In this document: positions 35,574 through 45,431 of the stretch, one piece after another
Position numbering within the stretch: the stretch's first letter is position 1
Layout of the letters: each line of letters starts with the position of its first letter
Virus record (IMG/VR): IMGVR_UViG_3300032087_005129
Source of the DNA: a virus
DNA: 64,000 nucleotides
Strand: one strand, 5' to 3'
Program-made: the position numbers and the translations under genes
Notes under the pieces: generated by a model
Told to the model about the DNA's origin: nothing
What the model saw: the letters and a program-made list of their open reading frames with translations, nothing else
The model's database searches: none

Positions 35574-35843
35574 ATGCTTACATTTAAGTGTTTTTTAAAA
35601 GAGTCTATGAATAAATCGTTTGAAAGTGCCATTGATATGTTTGGCATTGACACTAAAAAAATTAAAACAATTAGAAACTTTTCTACAGCAGAAAGAATGG
35701 CAAAAGACCTTGCTAAGAAAAAAAGACAGACGGTTTATATTTTTCAACACACGAGAAAAGGTGATTACAAAATCGTAACTGAAAAAGGAAGATTAACTGG
35801 CCTTTTGCGTGATTACGAAATTGTTGACACCATAAAGCCCTGA
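35574..35843 (+). CDS. Small basic protein with capsid-targeting-like leader
   Basis: MLTFKCFLKE; AAGGA RBS. Confidence 0.7.
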   Translation: MLTFKCFLKESMNKSFESAIDMFGIDTKKIKTIRNFSTAERMAKDLAKKKRQTVYIFQHTRKGDYKIVTEKGRLTGLLRDYEIVDTIKP

Positions 35844-35851
35844 AATAAAAC

Positions 35852-35879
35852 TTGCAAAAAGCCTAGGCGGGTTTACAAT
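35852..35879 (+). promoter_or_regulatory. Early promoter TTGCAA-N16-TACAAT
   Basis: Sequence match upstream of dut. Confidence 0.6.
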
Positions 35880-35935
35880 CTACTCTCTAAATATCAGGTG
35901 CCTCCCTTAATGGGGAAAAGGTTTAGGAGTATATT

Positions 35936-36463
35936 ATGATAAAATTGAATTACTATTGTAAGACAGCATTGGTAAAGGACCCAATATTTGCTACAAGTGG
36001 ATCAGCATGTTTTGATCTAAGGGCTTACTTTGGTCCTGATAGTCGAAAGATTACAATCTATACCCCAAGCAATGAAAAGATTCATCGACACTGCCAAAAA
36101 GAAAGTGTTGAAGGTGAGTTTTCTTTGTCATTGGGGCCGAATGAAAGAGCAATGATACCAACAGGACTGATCATGGATATCCCTCGTGGTTATTCTGTTC
36201 GTATTCACACGCGATCTGGAACGGCTGCCAAAAAAGGTCTTGGTATGTCTGTCTCCGAGGGCATCATCGACTCTGATTATAAAGAAGAAGTCTTCGCTTT
36301 GATTCGTAATAATTCTGATGTGGCAGTTAACATTGAACACGAAGAAAGAATTTGTCAAGGAGAATTGATAAAACAACTTGACTATTCGTTATCTTGCACT
36401 ACAATAAGACCTACGAACGACGGCGAAAGAACCGGCGGTTTTGGTAGTACAGGAGAAAAATAA
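35936..36463 (+). CDS. dut: Trimeric dUTPase
   Basis: SACFDL, RSG, GIIDSDY, ERICQ, RTGGFGSTG. Confidence 0.93.
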   Translation: MIKLNYYCKTALVKDPIFATSGSACFDLRAYFGPDSRKITIYTPSNEKIHRHCQKESVEGEFSLSLGPNERAMIPTGLIMDIPRGYSVRIHTRSGTAAKKGLGMSVSEGIIDSDYKEEVFALIRNNSDVAVNIEHEERICQGELIKQLDYSLSCTTIRPTNDGERTGGFGSTGEK

Positions 36464-36801
36464 TGACTAGAGATGAACTGTTAAAACATCACGAACTAAT
36501 TTGCAAGTCTGCACAAGACTTGATGAATCTAAAAAATAGAGACTACGCAGGCAATGGTGGTAAAGAACCATTTGCAAACTTCACTCGCTGTGAATCATTG
36601 GGTGTTTGCACTACAGAACAAGGTATGCTCGTTCGTGTAGTTGACAAAATTTCTCGATTGAGTTCCTTCATTGAAGCAGGAAAGATGAGCGTTGAGAATG
36701 AGTCTTTCCATGATTCGTGTATTGATATCATCAATTACATGGTAATTCTTTCTGCTTACATCACCGAACGAGATGGAGAAGAACAACAGTATGGTTGTTG
36801 A
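36463..36801 (+). CDS. DUF1599/Nmad1-like all-alpha nucleotide pyrophosphatase-fold protein
   Basis: KNRDYAG...FANF...VR..DKISRL...DS..DIINY. Confidence 0.7.
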   Translation: MTRDELLKHHELICKSAQDLMNLKNRDYAGNGGKEPFANFTRCESLGVCTTEQGMLVRVVDKISRLSSFIEAGKMSVENESFHDSCIDIINYMVILSAYITERDGEEQQYGC

Positions 36802-37018
36802 GACCATTCTCGGTGTTTTATTTTTAACACACGTTTACTTTGCAAGACGTTCACGAAAGAAAATTGAAATTGAAGTTTTTGATCTTCGTGAAGAGATTGT
36901 AAATAACATGAACAAAACCACGGCGATGGTGAACAAGCACACTCAAGATCTTGTAGCATATGAGCGTGAACTTCGTCACTTCAAAAACCTCATAAAGGAG
37001 ATTTATGCAAAAGTCTGA
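36791..37018 (+). CDS. Small membrane-anchored coiled-coil protein
   Basis: N-terminal TM then heptads. Confidence 0.55.
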   Translation: MVVETILGVLFLTHVYFARRSRKKIEIEVFDLREEIVNNMNKTTAMVNKHTQDLVAYERELRHFKNLIKEIYAKV

Positions 37019-39584
37019 AGTCTATACTCATGTTGCTGTTTACTCAGACAAGATTCTGTTTCGTGGTGTTGATCGAAATACAGGAGAGAGATTTTCTGAA
37101 CAGAGACAATTTTCTCCTACAATCTTTGTGACTTCAAAAGAAGATACAAAGCATAAGACACTTTTCGGTGATAGTGTAAAGCCTTTCTCGCCTGGTGGTA
37201 TGAAAGATACAAAAGAGTTTATTGACAAGTATATGGGTGTCTCTGGTTTTGATGTTCATGGCAACGACAACTGGAAACTTCAATACATCTCTGAAAACTT
37301 TCCTGGTGAGATTGACTGGTCAATCGATCAGATAAAAATTGCTTACATGGATATTGAAACAGAATGTGAGTATGGTTTTCCTAACACATCTGATCCTCAA
37401 GAAAAGATCAATCTCATTACTGTAAAGTATGTTCATGGTAAAAAGAAGTACACACATACTTTTGGTGTCGGTGTGTTTGATATTGATGGTGTGATTTGTC
37501 ATCAGTTTGAAACAGAAAAAGAAATGCTTGAAGCATTTGTCTCTCACTGGAGGGAAGAAGAACCTGATATTGTGACAGGCTGGAACATTCGCTTCTTTGA
37601 CCTTCCGTATCTTGCAAATCGAATCAAGCGTGTCTTTAATCTTACGATGATGAAGAACTTATCGCCTTGGAATATTACGATCAACAAAACGATTCATGTG
37701 ATGGGCAGAGATCAGTCTGCGATTGAGTTAGTTGGTATTTCTTCAACTGACTTTCTTGAACTATACAAAAAGTATACCACAACGAATCAAGAGTCGTATA
37801 AACTTGATCACATTGCTTTTGTTGAACTCGGTGAAAAGAAACTTGATTACTCTGAGTATGACAGCATTGCAGACTTCTATCGAAATGACTTTCAAAAGTT
37901 TGCCGAATACAACGTCAAAGATGTTGAACTCGTTGAGCGTTTAAACGAAAAGATGCAGTTGATTGAACTACATTGTTCGATGGCTTACATGGCGAAGATC
38001 AACTTTGAAGATGTGTTTTCACAAGTGCGAATGTGGGATGCAATCATCTACAATCATCTTCGTGATAAAAATATTGTTATTCCTCTTGCAAAAAGAGAAA
38101 AGGATGACAGTACCCTGATCGGTGCTTATGTGAAAGAGCCTATTGTAGGTTTTCACGAGTGGGTTGTTTCGTTTGACCTGAACTCTCTATATCCTCACTT
38201 GATTATGCAATACAATGTGAGTCCAGAGACAAAGATTGAAAGCACAGAAGAAGATAGATTTGGTATTGGTGTAGACAACATTCTAAAGAATTCACCAGAG
38301 TTATATTGGAAACCATGTCACGAAAAGTTGAAAGAGTTTGCATCTAACGACTATTCGATTGCAGCAAATGGTGTTTGCTACCGTAAAGACAAGCAAGGTT
38401 TTCTTCCTGAGTTGATGCAAAAGATGTATTCTGATCGCAAGAAGTACAAGAAGTTGATGATTGAAGCACAGAAAGAACTTGAGGATCTTCCAAACAAGAA
38501 CATGCCGTCTCTCGGTCGTGCAGGCTATACAAACAAACTGAAAGTAGAAGAACAACGAAATCATCTCAAACAAATGGCTTTGAAGATTGCTTTGAACTCT
38601 GCTTACGGTGCATTGGGTAACAAATACTTCCGTTACTATGACATTGATCTTGCTGAAGCAATTACGATGTCTGGTCAACTTTCAATTCAGTGGATTGGTA
38701 ATCATCTGAATGACTTTTTGAACAAGACTTTCTCCACTGACAATTTTGATTATGTGGTGGCGAGTGATACTGATTCTGTGTATCTTCGTTTAGGAAAAGT
38801 CGTGGAGAAGTTTTGTTCAAACAAAACGAAAGAAGAGACAATCAACTATCTTGACAAAGTGTGCAAAGAAATTATGCAACCATTCATCAATCAAAAGTAT
38901 GAAGAACTTGCGAAGATGATGAATGCTTACGATAACAAGATGGTGATGGAGAGAGAAGTGATTGCCGACAAAGGCATCTGGACAGCAAAGAAAAGATACA
39001 TTCTTCAAGTGCATGATTCTGAAGGTGTTCGCTATGAAACACCAAAACTGAAGATCATGGGTATTGAAACGACACGATCATCTACACCACAGGTTGTTCG
39101 TGACAAACTTAAAGAGTGTATCAAGTTGATTCTTACAACAGATGAGAAAACTGTAATTAATTTCATCGAAGAGTTCCGTGATAGATTTATTTCTTTGCCT
39201 GCTGAAGATGTTGCATTCCCTAGAGGTGTAAATGGTCTTGAAAGATATCGTGATGTCAAGAACATCTACTCAAAAGGAACACCAATCGCTGTGAAAGGCG
39301 CTTTGATTTACAACTACATGATTCAGAAGAAGAATCTAGATCGAAAGTATGAAGCGATTCGTGAAGGTGACAAAGTGAAGTTTTTGATGTTGAAGGTTCC
39401 AAATCCAACACCAGAAAAAGTTCTTGCTTTTACATCTAATCTGCCGAAAGAATTTGAACTTGAAAAATACATAGACTATGACACACAATTTGAAAAAGCG
39501 TTTATTGATCCAATCAAAACTATTCTTGAGACTGTTGGATGGCAACACGAACGAACAGCAACTCTTGAAGATCTTTTTGCGTAA
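37005..39584 (+). CDS. gp43: Family B DNA polymerase (T4 gp43)
   Basis: DIET exo I, SFDLNSLYP, KIALNSAYG, ASDTDS, KKRY. Confidence 0.97.
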   Translation: MQKSEVYTHVAVYSDKILFRGVDRNTGERFSEQRQFSPTIFVTSKEDTKHKTLFGDSVKPFSPGGMKDTKEFIDKYMGVSGFDVHGNDNWKLQYISENFPGEIDWSIDQIKIAYMDIETECEYGFPNTSDPQEKINLITVKYVHGKKKYTHTFGVGVFDIDGVICHQFETEKEMLEAFVSHWREEEPDIVTGWNIRFFDLPYLANRIKRVFNLTMMKNLSPWNITINKTIHVMGRDQSAIELVGISSTDFLELYKKYTTTNQESYKLDHIAFVELGEKKLDYSEYDSIADFYRNDFQKFAEYNVKDVELVERLNEKMQLIELHCSMAYMAKINFEDVFSQVRMWDAIIYNHLRDKNIVIPLAKREKDDSTLIGAYVKEPIVGFHEWVVSFDLNSLYPHLIMQYNVSPETKIESTEEDRFGIGVDNILKNSPELYWKPCHEKLKEFASNDYSIAANGVCYRKDKQGFLPELMQKMYSDRKKYKKLMIEAQKELEDLPNKNMPSLGRAGYTNKLKVEEQRNHLKQMALKIALNSAYGALGNKYFRYYDIDLAEAITMSGQLSIQWIGNHLNDFLNKTFSTDNFDYVVASDTDSVYLRLGKVVEKFCSNKTKEETINYLDKVCKEIMQPFINQKYEELAKMMNAYDNKMVMEREVIADKGIWTAKKRYILQVHDSEGVRYETPKLKIMGIETTRSSTPQVVRDKLKECIKLILTTDEKTVINFIEEFRDRFISLPAEDVAFPRGVNGLERYRDVKNIYSKGTPIAVKGALIYNYMIQKKNLDRKYEAIREGDKVKFLMLKVPNPTPEKVLAFTSNLPKEFELEKYIDYDTQFEKAFIDPIKTILETVGWQHERTATLEDLFA

Positions 39585-39593
39585 GGAATAATT

Positions 39594-40235
39594 ATGATTA
39601 TGTTATTGAATAAAAAATGGTTGAAAAAAGGTTTATCAATACTTGCTTTGATTTTTCTTTTGTCAATACTTGCAGTTTTAGCAAGACAAAGTTTTTATCC
39701 TGCTTTTGGCAACATGAGAGATGTGTCTGTTCGTGCCACTCTGACAGAATCGTTTCAGAACATTTCACAATTGAATGTATTGAAGGTTTCTATGGCAGGT
39801 ATTGTTGATGGTGTTGATGAATCTTTCTGGGGAGACAACAAGGTACTAATTGTGGCACAAGGATATGCAAATCTTGGTGTTGATCTTTCGTATGTGAACA
39901 TTTACGTTGATGAGCAAGAAGTACAGATCATTGTTCTTGAGCCACAGGTGACTGACGCTTATATCGACATGTCACAATCAAGAATCTATGAAAGAGAACT
40001 TGGCACCTTTCGTGTTGATACGAACGGGGAACTTGAAAACTTGACATGGCAAAAAGCACATGATAAGATGATTGATATGGCTTATGATGAAAAGAATGTT
40101 TCTATGGCGAAGACAAATACGGTTGCGTTGATTCGTGCTTTGATCTCACCATACATAGGAAACAGAACATTGACGATTGAGTTTCTAAAGAACGAAAACT
40201 ACATTGAGGTAATTGACAATGAAATTAACAAGTGA
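39594..40235 (+). CDS. DUF4230-like membrane-anchored protein
   Basis: N-terminal TM; G.A.LGVDLS...I.VLEPQV. Confidence 0.65.
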   Translation: MIMLLNKKWLKKGLSILALIFLLSILAVLARQSFYPAFGNMRDVSVRATLTESFQNISQLNVLKVSMAGIVDGVDESFWGDNKVLIVAQGYANLGVDLSYVNIYVDEQEVQIIVLEPQVTDAYIDMSQSRIYERELGTFRVDTNGELENLTWQKAHDKMIDMAYDEKNVSMAKTNTVALIRALISPYIGNRTLTIEFLKNENYIEVIDNEINK

Positions 40236-40377
40236 AGAGATTGATATGATTCTAGATTGTCTTACGCAGCGAGCAGAGTCAATGCGTTTCTATGGCAGCA
40301 GTGCTGAGTATAAAGAATCGAAAAAATACTTTGACTTGATTCAAAAAGTTACTAAACTGAAAGAGCAATAAAAATAC

Positions 40378-40449
40378 GCCAACGTAGCACAACGGTAGTG
40401 CAGTTCACTTGTAATGAACAGGTTGCTGGTTCGAATCCAGTCGTTGGCT
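40378..40449 (+). tRNA. tRNA-Thr(TGT)
   Basis: GTTCA-CTTGTAA-TGAAC; GGTTCGAATCC. Confidence 0.92.
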
Positions 40450-40664
40450 TTCGGAGATAAAACATGGCAGGAAAAGGCGATTCATATCGAAAAGTGAATC
40501 AAAAGAAATGGGAAGAAAATTGGGAAAGGGCTTTCGGTGCTAAAAACAGGAAAAGAAACACACCAACAAATGCAAAAGGCGTATCTTCGAGGAAAAAGAA
40601 AACCTCTACCCGTAACAACAACAAACACTAAAGAGTGGATTGAAAAAATCAAAAAGGATAAACA

Positions 40665-40994
40665 ATGAGTAATGTGAAAAATGTGAGTCTTGCTACAGGT
40701 GAAAGTATTATTGCTGATTGCAGTGGTCTTGGCGAAGACAAAAAATACTTTGAAATCAAAAACGCAGCAATTGTATTGCGTAAAGATATTGCATCGCCAA
40801 TGATGCTTCTGCCTTGGATTGATCATGCAGAAAAAGATCAAACTATTTCTATTAGTTCAGATAAAGTTATTTGGTATTGTGATGTTAGTGATGAGTTAGA
40901 AGATCAGTATGATAAAGCCGTGACGAAGTGGTATTCGAACCTTGTTGTTCCTGATGCTGCAACGACACAAAGACTAAAGATTACTGAAGATTGA
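40665..40994 (+). CDS. Sm-like fold phage protein
   Basis: VK.V.LATGE.IIA...LLPW pattern; typical neighbour of gp43. Confidence 0.6.
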   Translation: MSNVKNVSLATGESIIADCSGLGEDKKYFEIKNAAIVLRKDIASPMMLLPWIDHAEKDQTISISSDKVIWYCDVSDELEDQYDKAVTKWYSNLVVPDAATTQRLKITED

Positions 40995-41000
40995 TTTTAG

Positions 41001-41073
41001 GCTCTCGTAGCATAACGGATAATGCAACTGACTTCTAATCAGTAGATTGCAGGTTCGAATCCTGCCGAGAGCG
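41001..41073 (+). tRNA. tRNA-Arg(TCT)
   Basis: ACTGA-CTTCTAA-TCAGT; GGTTCGAATCC. Confidence 0.92.
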
Positions 41074-41098
41074 TTTTGCAAATAAAAGGAGATTTATT

Positions 41099-41272
41099 AT
41101 GAAAAAAATTGCAAAGGTTTGTCACGTTTTAGGTTTTGCTTCGATTGCACTTTCTGCCTATTGCTACAATGCATATGGTATCGCTGATGCGACCTATGTT
41201 GGTCTTTGGGTTCCTTCGTTCTTTCTTGTAGGCAATTTCTTTGCTTGCAAATCACATTGTAAGAAGAAGTAA
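41099..41272 (+). CDS. Small membrane protein
   Basis: MKKIAKVCHVLGFASIALS...VGLWVPSFF; AAGGAG RBS. Confidence 0.6.
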   Translation: MKKIAKVCHVLGFASIALSAYCYNAYGIADATYVGLWVPSFFLVGNFFACKSHCKKK

Positions 41273-41297
41273 ATAGGGGTGATTTAATCACCCAATC

Positions 41298-41371
41298 GGG
41301 AGTGTAGCCCAATTGGCAGAGGCGCAAGATTTAGGTTCTTGTTGTTGTAGGTTCGAGTCCTATCACTCTCA
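41298..41371 (+). tRNA. tRNA-Leu(TAG), short variable loop
   Basis: CAAGA-TTTAGGT-TCTTG; 5-nt variable region. Confidence 0.85.
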
Positions 41372-41373
41372 TT

Positions 41374-42000
41374 ATGAGTATTTTGTTTTTGACATTAATT
41401 TTAAATATTGAAAATAAATCGGTTTATCAAACACCGCTTGAAAGACTTGTTCATCTTGTTGAGTCTGATGGTAGACTTACAAACAACGAGCCTATACTAG
41501 GTGACTGGTGTGAAAAAAGACAAAGGTTTCTTTCGAGAGGGCCTTTGCAAATAACCAGAGATTGTCATACCGATGCTAATGTTAGTTTTCCGTATGAAGA
41601 GGTAGATAGCCTAGAAAACTCACTGATTGTTTTTCGTAAATATATGAAACGATATGCCAACAAAGATAGATTTGTGCGATTAGGCATTAATAGAGAACCT
41701 ACCGCAGAAGACATGTTAAGAATTTGGGTTGGTGGACCAAAAGGCTTTTTGAAAAAGTCAACAGATTCTTATTGGGAAAATAGTTTAAGGAGATTTTTGA
41801 TGAAACTCAATGTAGGGCAAAAAGTATTTTGTAAGAGTTCAAATAGAGAGGCAACTATTGTCTCAATCAACGAAGAAAAGATTACAATCAAGTATGAGAC
41901 ATCTGGTGAGATCACAGAAGTAACACAAGGACAGATTTCACAGTTGCTTCTTGGAAACAATGATCAATCAGATCAAACTTTTTTACAAGAGGGTCAATAA
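41374..42000 (+). CDS. Lysozyme-like (i-type/destabilase-like) protein in frame with a second small domain
   Basis: VES...GD...SRGPLQI...DA...RIWVGGPKG; internal RBS and ATG at 41800. Confidence 0.55.
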   Translation: MSILFLTLILNIENKSVYQTPLERLVHLVESDGRLTNNEPILGDWCEKRQRFLSRGPLQITRDCHTDANVSFPYEEVDSLENSLIVFRKYMKRYANKDRFVRLGINREPTAEDMLRIWVGGPKGFLKKSTDSYWENSLRRFLMKLNVGQKVFCKSSNREATIVSINEEKITIKYETSGEITEVTQGQISQLLLGNNDQSDQTFLQEGQ

Positions 42001-42968
42001 TGGGAAAGTGTCCATTTTCAATATTTCAAAGCAAAAAAGGTCGTGTTGAGGAAGTAAAACCCTCCATCGTACAAGATCATACAGAATCACCTTTCTTAAG
42101 AGTGAGAAGATTACATCCAACCCAAGGGATTAAAATTGTTCCAGCAAACCGTAAACTAATAGGTCCTGATGGTCAAAATGAAACAGAGCATAATTACTCT
42201 AGATCTGGAGCGATCAAAAGATGCGGCCCTTATGTTCACGCAAACAGTTTAGGTTGGTGGATCTTTCCTGCTGTCGATTTAGATGCTACTTATCACCCCA
42301 ACGGTGAATGGACAATACACGAATATAACAAGTTTGATGAAATTCAACAACATGAGTACCTGTCTAGTCTACCATCCTATGAGTATAAAACAGAGAGTGG
42401 AGAAACTCGTGAATTACCATCAAAATATTTAACTAGAAGTTATGTTAATGCAGGTCTCGCAGATGAGAATATTCTTCAAATCTGGACAGGAGTTATTCTC
42501 AGAACACCGCCTGGTTGGGGACTTTTAATTCGAAGTCCAATCAATGTGGAAGAGGACTATGATAGATCTTGGTACATTCAAGAGGGAGTCATAGAATCTG
42601 ATTGGATGGATTATGATATTTGGACAAATATTGTTTTTAAGAAGCCAAATCAGAAAGTTGAAATACGTCAAAAGATGTGGCCTCCCCTCGCACAAATTGT
42701 TCCAATTCGTCGAGAAGCCTATGATACAAAATGGGATATTGATGATCAGTTAATTACTGCTGATGATCCAGAATTTGCTTCTTGGCAAGATTATACCTTT
42801 AAAAAATGGACACAGATAAACGAAAAAGAAGGTAAAACATATTACAAAGAGCGAGCAGTTCAAAAACCACGTCCTGATGATTCAAAGATTGAGTCTCTTC
42901 GTGAAAAATATGCTACCAGTAGAAACGAACATCAGGTAAGAAAAGATGTGAAAAAGGATTCAGAATAA
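42000..42968 (+). CDS. DUF6065-like protein
   Basis: RCGPY..ANSLGWWI, RTPPGWGL, EGVIESDW. Confidence 0.65.
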   Translation: MGKCPFSIFQSKKGRVEEVKPSIVQDHTESPFLRVRRLHPTQGIKIVPANRKLIGPDGQNETEHNYSRSGAIKRCGPYVHANSLGWWIFPAVDLDATYHPNGEWTIHEYNKFDEIQQHEYLSSLPSYEYKTESGETRELPSKYLTRSYVNAGLADENILQIWTGVILRTPPGWGLLIRSPINVEEDYDRSWYIQEGVIESDWMDYDIWTNIVFKKPNQKVEIRQKMWPPLAQIVPIRREAYDTKWDIDDQLITADDPEFASWQDYTFKKWTQINEKEGKTYYKERAVQKPRPDDSKIESLREKYATSRNEHQVRKDVKKDSE

Positions 42969-42973
42969 AATCA

Positions 42974-43046
42974 GGCCCTGTAGCCCAACGGTAGAGGCAG
43001 TGGACTTAAAATCCATACAGTTCGGGTTCGAATCCCGATGGGGCTA
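42974..43046 (+). tRNA. tRNA-Leu(TAA), short variable loop
   Basis: GTGGA-CTTAAAA-TCCAT; TCGGG-TTCGAAT-CCCGA. Confidence 0.85.
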
Positions 43047-43050
43047 TTTC

Positions 43051-43575
43051 TCAAGGATTACCAAATAGATCATTGAGGAACTCATTAAATTGAGGCAACA
43101 ATGTATCAACTAGTTCTCCAAAATCAATTCCAATAATCTTAAGAATTTGTCTTTCGAGGAATGTCAGTGGTTCGCCTATCATCCACTTTAGCATTATGCC
43201 TGTCATGGTCCCGAACCACCACTCATTTTGCAAATCAGGATACATGTTTCTGATAAGTTCTAGAAGTTTTCTTCTTTGTGCTTTGCTAAGTTCAGGACGA
43301 AGTTCTTTTGGTAGACCTCTACCTTTCAAGTATCTCTTAAGAATTTTTCTTGGTCCTTGACCTGTTTGTTGTCTGATTAGATCTATAATCCATTGAGGAA
43401 GATCACTCGGCAGATTCACTGCGTCACCTAGTCCAGACTCTGTTTCAGTATCTGGAGTAACAGGTGGCACAACTGGTGGTGGTGGCATTCTATTGCCTCC
43501 GGATGGTACTTGCTCGTTGAGTGCCTGACGATATCCTGCTTCGTATGCTTCTTGTAGTTTATCTTTAAAGTTCAT
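43051..43575 (-). CDS. Protein with MNFKDKLQEAYEAGY leader
   Basis: Leader DNA nearly identical to that at 12724. Confidence 0.8.
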   Translation of the reverse strand: MNFKDKLQEAYEAGYRQALNEQVPSGGNRMPPPPVVPPVTPDTETESGLGDAVNLPSDLPQWIIDLIRQQTGQGPRKILKRYLKGRGLPKELRPELSKAQRRKLLELIRNMYPDLQNEWWFGTMTGIMLKWMIGEPLTFLERQILKIIGIDFGELVDTLLPQFNEFLNDLFGNP

Positions 43576-43584
43576 TTCTCTTCC

Positions 43585-44412
43585 TTACTGGGGTGATAGT
43601 TTACCAACTAGATCAAATACTTTCTTTGCAATTGCACTGTCTGGATCTAGGTTCTGCTTACCTGATGATTTGAGTTTGAAATATTTGAAGTCTTTGATTG
43701 CAAAAGGTAGTCCCTCTTTACCATTTGTTGGTCTGCCTTTTTCATCAGAGTAGAAAACAGTGTTGTTTGGTCCACCAATAATCACATAAAACTCACCGTT
43801 GATTTCTTTTGGATATCTGCGAATGAAATAATCTGTCATGGTCTTTGCAGCACCACGGTGTGTCTGAATCAAAACTCTTTCAGGAACAGTTCTTGCTCTT
43901 TTTCTGTTTTGAACCATTGCCATTCTGTAATCAGTAAGCGCCCAAATGATATGAATATTTTCTGGTTTGTATCCTGCTTTCATTAGCGTTGGTAGATATT
44001 CATAGAAATCACCAGAGTCTTTCATTGTTTTGTCGATGACAATATTGGGTAGATTGCCAGAAGCAGTCTTTCTAAAAAGCAGTGATGTTTTCTTACCCAT
44101 CAAACCTTTGCCTTTGATTGTGGCGTGAAGTTTGGCAACATCATCAGGATTCTTCATGTCTAGGTTGGCATACTCTGGATACTTGTCAGGGTATTTTTTG
44201 CCAAGCGAAAGAGCCAAAATTTTCAACTCATCAGGATCAACAATCTTGTATGAGTCTGCTGCCACAAAGTTCTTGATGGCAAAACCCTTGCCTGAGCCTG
44301 CTCCCCCTGCGAAGAAAATAACCTGACCTTCTTTCTTGCCTTTGTTGACAACGATCAGTTTCTCGTTTAGAATGTTTCCTATCTCGCCAAGATAGTTCGA
44401 AAATGAAAGCAT
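43585..44412 (-). CDS. P-loop kinase, zeta-toxin/AAA_33-like, with capsid-targeting-like leader
   Basis: AGGAGSGKG, VDPDE, IVIDKT, RNR.R.R.VP; MLSFSNYLGE...ILNE. Confidence 0.75.
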   Translation of the reverse strand: MLSFSNYLGEIGNILNEKLIVVNKGKKEGQVIFFAGGAGSGKGFAIKNFVAADSYKIVDPDELKILALSLGKKYPDKYPEYANLDMKNPDDVAKLHATIKGKGLMGKKTSLLFRKTASGNLPNIVIDKTMKDSGDFYEYLPTLMKAGYKPENIHIIWALTDYRMAMVQNRKRARTVPERVLIQTHRGAAKTMTDYFIRRYPKEINGEFYVIIGGPNNTVFYSDEKGRPTNGKEGLPFAIKDFKYFKLKSSGKQNLDPDSAIAKKVFDLVGKLSPQ

Positions 44413-44430
44413 GAAGAATCTCCTGGTTAG

Positions 44431-44438
44431 TATTTATT
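44431..44438 (-). promoter_or_regulatory. Late promoter AATAAATA
   Basis: Upstream of the inverted two-gene block. Confidence 0.65.
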
Positions 44439-44473
44439 CGCAAAGGAAATTACAAAAAATGAACCGATTGCAC

Positions 44474-44501
44474 TTGACACAACAGATTGTTGCTCTATAC
44501 T
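44474..44501 (+). promoter_or_regulatory. Early promoter TTGACA-N16-TATACT
   Basis: Sequence match. Confidence 0.75.
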
Positions 44502-44574
44502 TACTTACATGGCCTAGATTAGAAATAATCACAGAAGGTCTTCTACGAACAACTTATGCATAAAGGAAATTCAA

Positions 44575-44850
44575 ATGAAAGTAGAAAATAAAAATCGACA
44601 TCGTGCCGCAGACAAAGAATACTTTTTCGCCACTTATGTAAAGTCTGACGCTGGCCCAGGCGAAGATGATGTTGTTCAACTCTTACTGACAGACAAAGAG
44701 TTGGAGCGTGCCTCAAAGCGAGCAGAAAAGAACAAAGAAGATCTCCCTAAGTATTTTGCCATCGTTCAGGGTTCAAACGAAGAGCCCGAAAAGCGAGTCA
44801 TTCAAGAGGAAAAATCTACTGGCTTCTTTAGTTGGCTGCTTGGGGATTGA
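44575..44850 (+). CDS. Hypothetical protein
   Basis: AAAGGA RBS. Confidence 0.7.
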   Translation: MKVENKNRHRAADKEYFFATYVKSDAGPGEDDVVQLLLTDKELERASKRAEKNKEDLPKYFAIVQGSNEEPEKRVIQEEKSTGFFSWLLGD

Positions 44851-45024
44851 ATAAAACGAGTTTTGTGGAGTGTTTTGCTTCTGCGGCTTGTATGAAAAAA
44901 ATTGAAGTATTTACTTTACTTGACTGATATAGAAGGTATACTTCATATGAATGAGGTGAGAACGACGTAGTTCTTACTTCAAACGTACACAGCGATTTAT
45001 TCGCATTTCTAGGAGAAAGAAAAA

Positions 45025-45246
45025 ATGAGTAAGTATTATTTTCTTGGTTGGATGCTTTTTTTGATCACAGTCGCACTTTACCTCATGGGCACCCAAATGC
45101 CTGCTTGGATTGGCATTGATGCAGACTACAGCCTTAATGTGATCACGCACATCTCTTACGGGTTTGCTGGATCATTCATTGTCTGGTTGTTGAATCTTTT
45201 CATTACAGGCACCTCAAACTACTTCAACAAGTATGAGAACGCATAA
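45025..45246 (+). CDS. Two-TM membrane protein
   Basis: AGGAG RBS; hydrophobic. Confidence 0.65.
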   Translation: MSKYYFLGWMLFLITVALYLMGTQMPAWIGIDADYSLNVITHISYGFAGSFIVWLLNLFITGTSNYFNKYENA

Positions 45247-45431
45247 TGGCAAAACGAGTCATTGATCGTTTTGATATTGAAGCAGAGCGAGAAGGCTCTG
45301 CCGTCTTACGACACACGGTTGTAAGACGAGGTTGGGGCAAAGGCACAATCAAGTCTAGACGAGGGCGAAAAGATGCCGAAGCAGCAATCGAACGTCGAAC
45401 AGTCAAAGGTTTTTATTCAAGGAGCGTCTAA
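45246..45431 (+). CDS. Small Arg-rich protein
   Basis: Coupled start/stop. Confidence 0.6.
   Translation: MAKRVIDRFDIEAEREGSAVLRHTVVRRGWGKGTIKSRRGRKDAEAAIERRTVKGFYSRSV

Noticed and set aside
35936-36801. Wholesale base substitution (dU, hmC or dZ DNA)
   Set aside because: dUTPase plus ThyX imply normal thymine; no hydroxymethylase or PurZ in the window; the Nmad1-like gene alone is insufficient
37005-39584. Intron or intein in the DNA polymerase
   Set aside because: Continuous 859-aa ORF of normal gp43 size; no intein or homing endonuclease motifs
41298-43046. tRNAs with TAG/TAA as stop-codon suppressors, or genome recoding
   Set aside because: These are anticodons read 5'-3' (decoding CTA and TTA, Leu); core genes are intact in the standard code
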